Source: Nitrosopumilus sp. (GTDB taxonomy: Archaea; Thermoproteota; Nitrososphaeria; Nitrososphaerales; Nitrosopumilaceae). Taken from it: a stretch of DNA of 64,000 nt. This document shows, piece after piece, positions 62,457 to 64,000 of this stretch. Every line of letters begins with the position of its first letter. Position 1 is the stretch's first letter. The notes under the pieces were generated by a model. The model had not been told where the DNA came from and ran no database searches. It saw only the letters and a program-made list of their open reading frames with translations. The stretch is taken from positions 2,016,001-2,080,000 of the forward strand of contig OZ240211.1 of the NCBI GenBank assembly GCA_965197525.1, given 5' to 3'. Position numbers and translations under genes: made by a program.

Positions 62457-62936
62457 ATGGCAATGATGACAGTTGCAGAAGGCGATCTTGTTCCAGAGTT
62501 TGAAGCACTTGATACTCAAGGCCAAAAAATCAAGTCAAGCGATTTACATGGCACAAAATATGTAATTTACTTTTATCCCAAGGACTTTACACCCGGATGC
62601 ACTATACAGGCAGATGAGTTCTCGCGCGATTATGAGAAATTCAAGAAAAACAGCATTCAGATCTTTGGTATCAGTCCTGATGATATTGACTCTCACAAGA
62701 AATTCTGTGAAAAGATGAAGATCAAATATGTCTTATTGTCAGACACTGATAAAAAAATATCTCAGTTGTTTGGTGTTTGGGGAAAGAAAAAATTCATGGG
62801 CAGAGAGTACATGGGAGTTACACGAAGTTCGTTTCTTGTAAATGAAAAATCTGAAATCTTTAAAATATATCCCAAAGTTAAGCCTGCGGGCCATTCGCAA
62901 CAAGTGCTCAATGACTTTGTGAATTTAAATAAATAA
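62457..62936 (+). CDS. bcp: Peroxiredoxin, BCP/PrxQ type
   Basis: YFYPKDFTPGCT, GISPD, LLSD, RSSFLV. Confidence 0.92.
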   Translation: MAMMTVAEGDLVPEFEALDTQGQKIKSSDLHGTKYVIYFYPKDFTPGCTIQADEFSRDYEKFKKNSIQIFGISPDDIDSHKKFCEKMKIKYVLLSDTDKKISQLFGVWGKKKFMGREYMGVTRSSFLVNEKSEIFKIYPKVKPAGHSQQVLNDFVNLNK

Positions 62937-62953
62937 ATAAAAAGGTTGAAAAT

Positions 62954-63829
62954 TTAGAAACCTTTTGGAAGTGTGCCTCTAGAAGCTTTTGGTTCCTCGA
63001 CTTTTGGTTCAAAACCTTTTGGTAATACGCCGCGTGTTTGTTGTGTTTGTGCTTGCGCCTTTGCTTCGTCTGCAAGTTGTTGTTGGTATGCATTTTCGAT
63101 ATCTATTTTTTCTTGTTCAAGTCTCTGTAAATATTCTTCCTCATAGCTATCTAGTTTCTCTTTTCTGGATCTATTATCTTCACTTGGTGGCGGTGGTTGT
63201 TGACTTGTCTGTTGTGTCTGCGCTATTTCTTGTGCTGGTTCTGGTTGTTGTTGCGTTTTTGCAACAGTGCCTTCAACAGTTAGTGGAACACCACTAAAGC
63301 TTCCAAATGTCTTGTCAGGAGGGTGGTATGCCAACCTTGGTCGCGTTGCAAAGTATTGGTTTGATGGTTGTGTGTATCCGGTAACTGCCACCTTTTGACG
63401 ATTCCAATCTTCAGTTGGAACTGTTCCTACCGGTGCAGTTAATCTAACAAAGTATCTGTTAGGAGCTGGTGAATAACCGGTAACGTTTGTTCTGTACTGA
63501 TGGAAGTCAGTTGTTGGGGCGTTTCTGTATGCGTCTTCTAAAGCCTCTTGTACTGTTGCTGGTGGTTGTGATGCTGCCTCCTCTGGTTTTGCTACCTCTG
63601 CTGGTTCTGGAGCAAGAGTCTCAAATCCTTTGGGCAGAGTGCCCTTGGGTTTTGCTATCTCTGCTGCAGGTTCTTCGGTCTTGGGTGTAGTTTCTACAGC
63701 GGGCTCTTCTTTGTCTTTTGCTGTGGATTTAGGTTCGAGCTGATCTGTTAATGCTGTTAACTTGGCTTCTAGATCTTTGATTTTAGCCTCTAGATCTTTG
63801 TTTGTAGCTGTCTTACGTTTTGTTGCCAT
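62954..63829 (-). CDS. Hypothetical low-complexity Q/P/T/E-rich protein with internal repeats
   Basis: 291 aa; G(T/V)LPKGF three times; TGYxxxxNxYF twice. Confidence 0.75.
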   Translation of the reverse strand: MATKRKTATNKDLEAKIKDLEAKLTALTDQLEPKSTAKDKEEPAVETTPKTEEPAAEIAKPKGTLPKGFETLAPEPAEVAKPEEAASQPPATVQEALEDAYRNAPTTDFHQYRTNVTGYSPAPNRYFVRLTAPVGTVPTEDWNRQKVAVTGYTQPSNQYFATRPRLAYHPPDKTFGSFSGVPLTVEGTVAKTQQQPEPAQEIAQTQQTSQQPPPPSEDNRSRKEKLDSYEEEYLQRLEQEKIDIENAYQQQLADEAKAQAQTQQTRGVLPKGFEPKVEEPKASRGTLPKGF

Positions 63830-64000
63830 TCATTTGACTGACTATGTTATCGCTTATTTACATTGTGATCTTCTATAATTTCCTAAAATTATTGTCAAAA
63901 TTCTATATTTTATTATAAAAATTTTAATAATTTTGATATTTTATTATATGCTGCTAATATTATAATCAATCAGGCTCCCAAAACTGCATGATATACATGC

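Overview
Window from an ammonia-oxidising archaeon (Nitrososphaerota/Thaumarchaeota, family Nitrosopumilaceae, judged from the 16S-23S operon and the AOA-type gene set). Giant repeat-rich surface proteins, gene decay and IS relics suggest a host-associated lineage such as a sponge symbiont (inference). Main content: (1) a ~16.7-kb gene (2100-18767, two lesions) for a ~5,500-aa mosaic surface protein with four DUF285/BspA-like cassettes, a 7-repeat LVIVD-like propeller and an Ig-like stalk carrying nine nested proprotein-convertase P-domains; (2) hemL and the 16S-23S rRNA operon; (3) a PHA cluster with phaE/phaC plus a haloarchaeal-PhaR-like AbrB protein and a phasin candidate; (4) a second giant DUF285/Ig/P-domain gene (34098-42802, one frameshift); (5) a truncated TFB, a TPR-matrixin protease and a doubly frameshifted UreH/NiCoT-like gene; (6) a small island with a Fic gene, a duplicated Fic promoter and an IS630 relic; (7) housekeeping genes (dys, birA, thiD/thiN, thiC, tyrA, chorismate mutase-aminotransferase fusion, aroC, bcp). 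The strongest candidate for an undescribed system is the pair of giant DUF285 genes. Both sit behind long G tracts (G10 inside a 37-bp direct repeat with an AAG/ATG switch; G13 in a G-quadruplex-like run), and both are built from constant-frame/variable-codon modules. This suggests phase variation or recombinational diversification of an archaeal surface receptor. That is a hypothesis, not a demonstrated mechanism.
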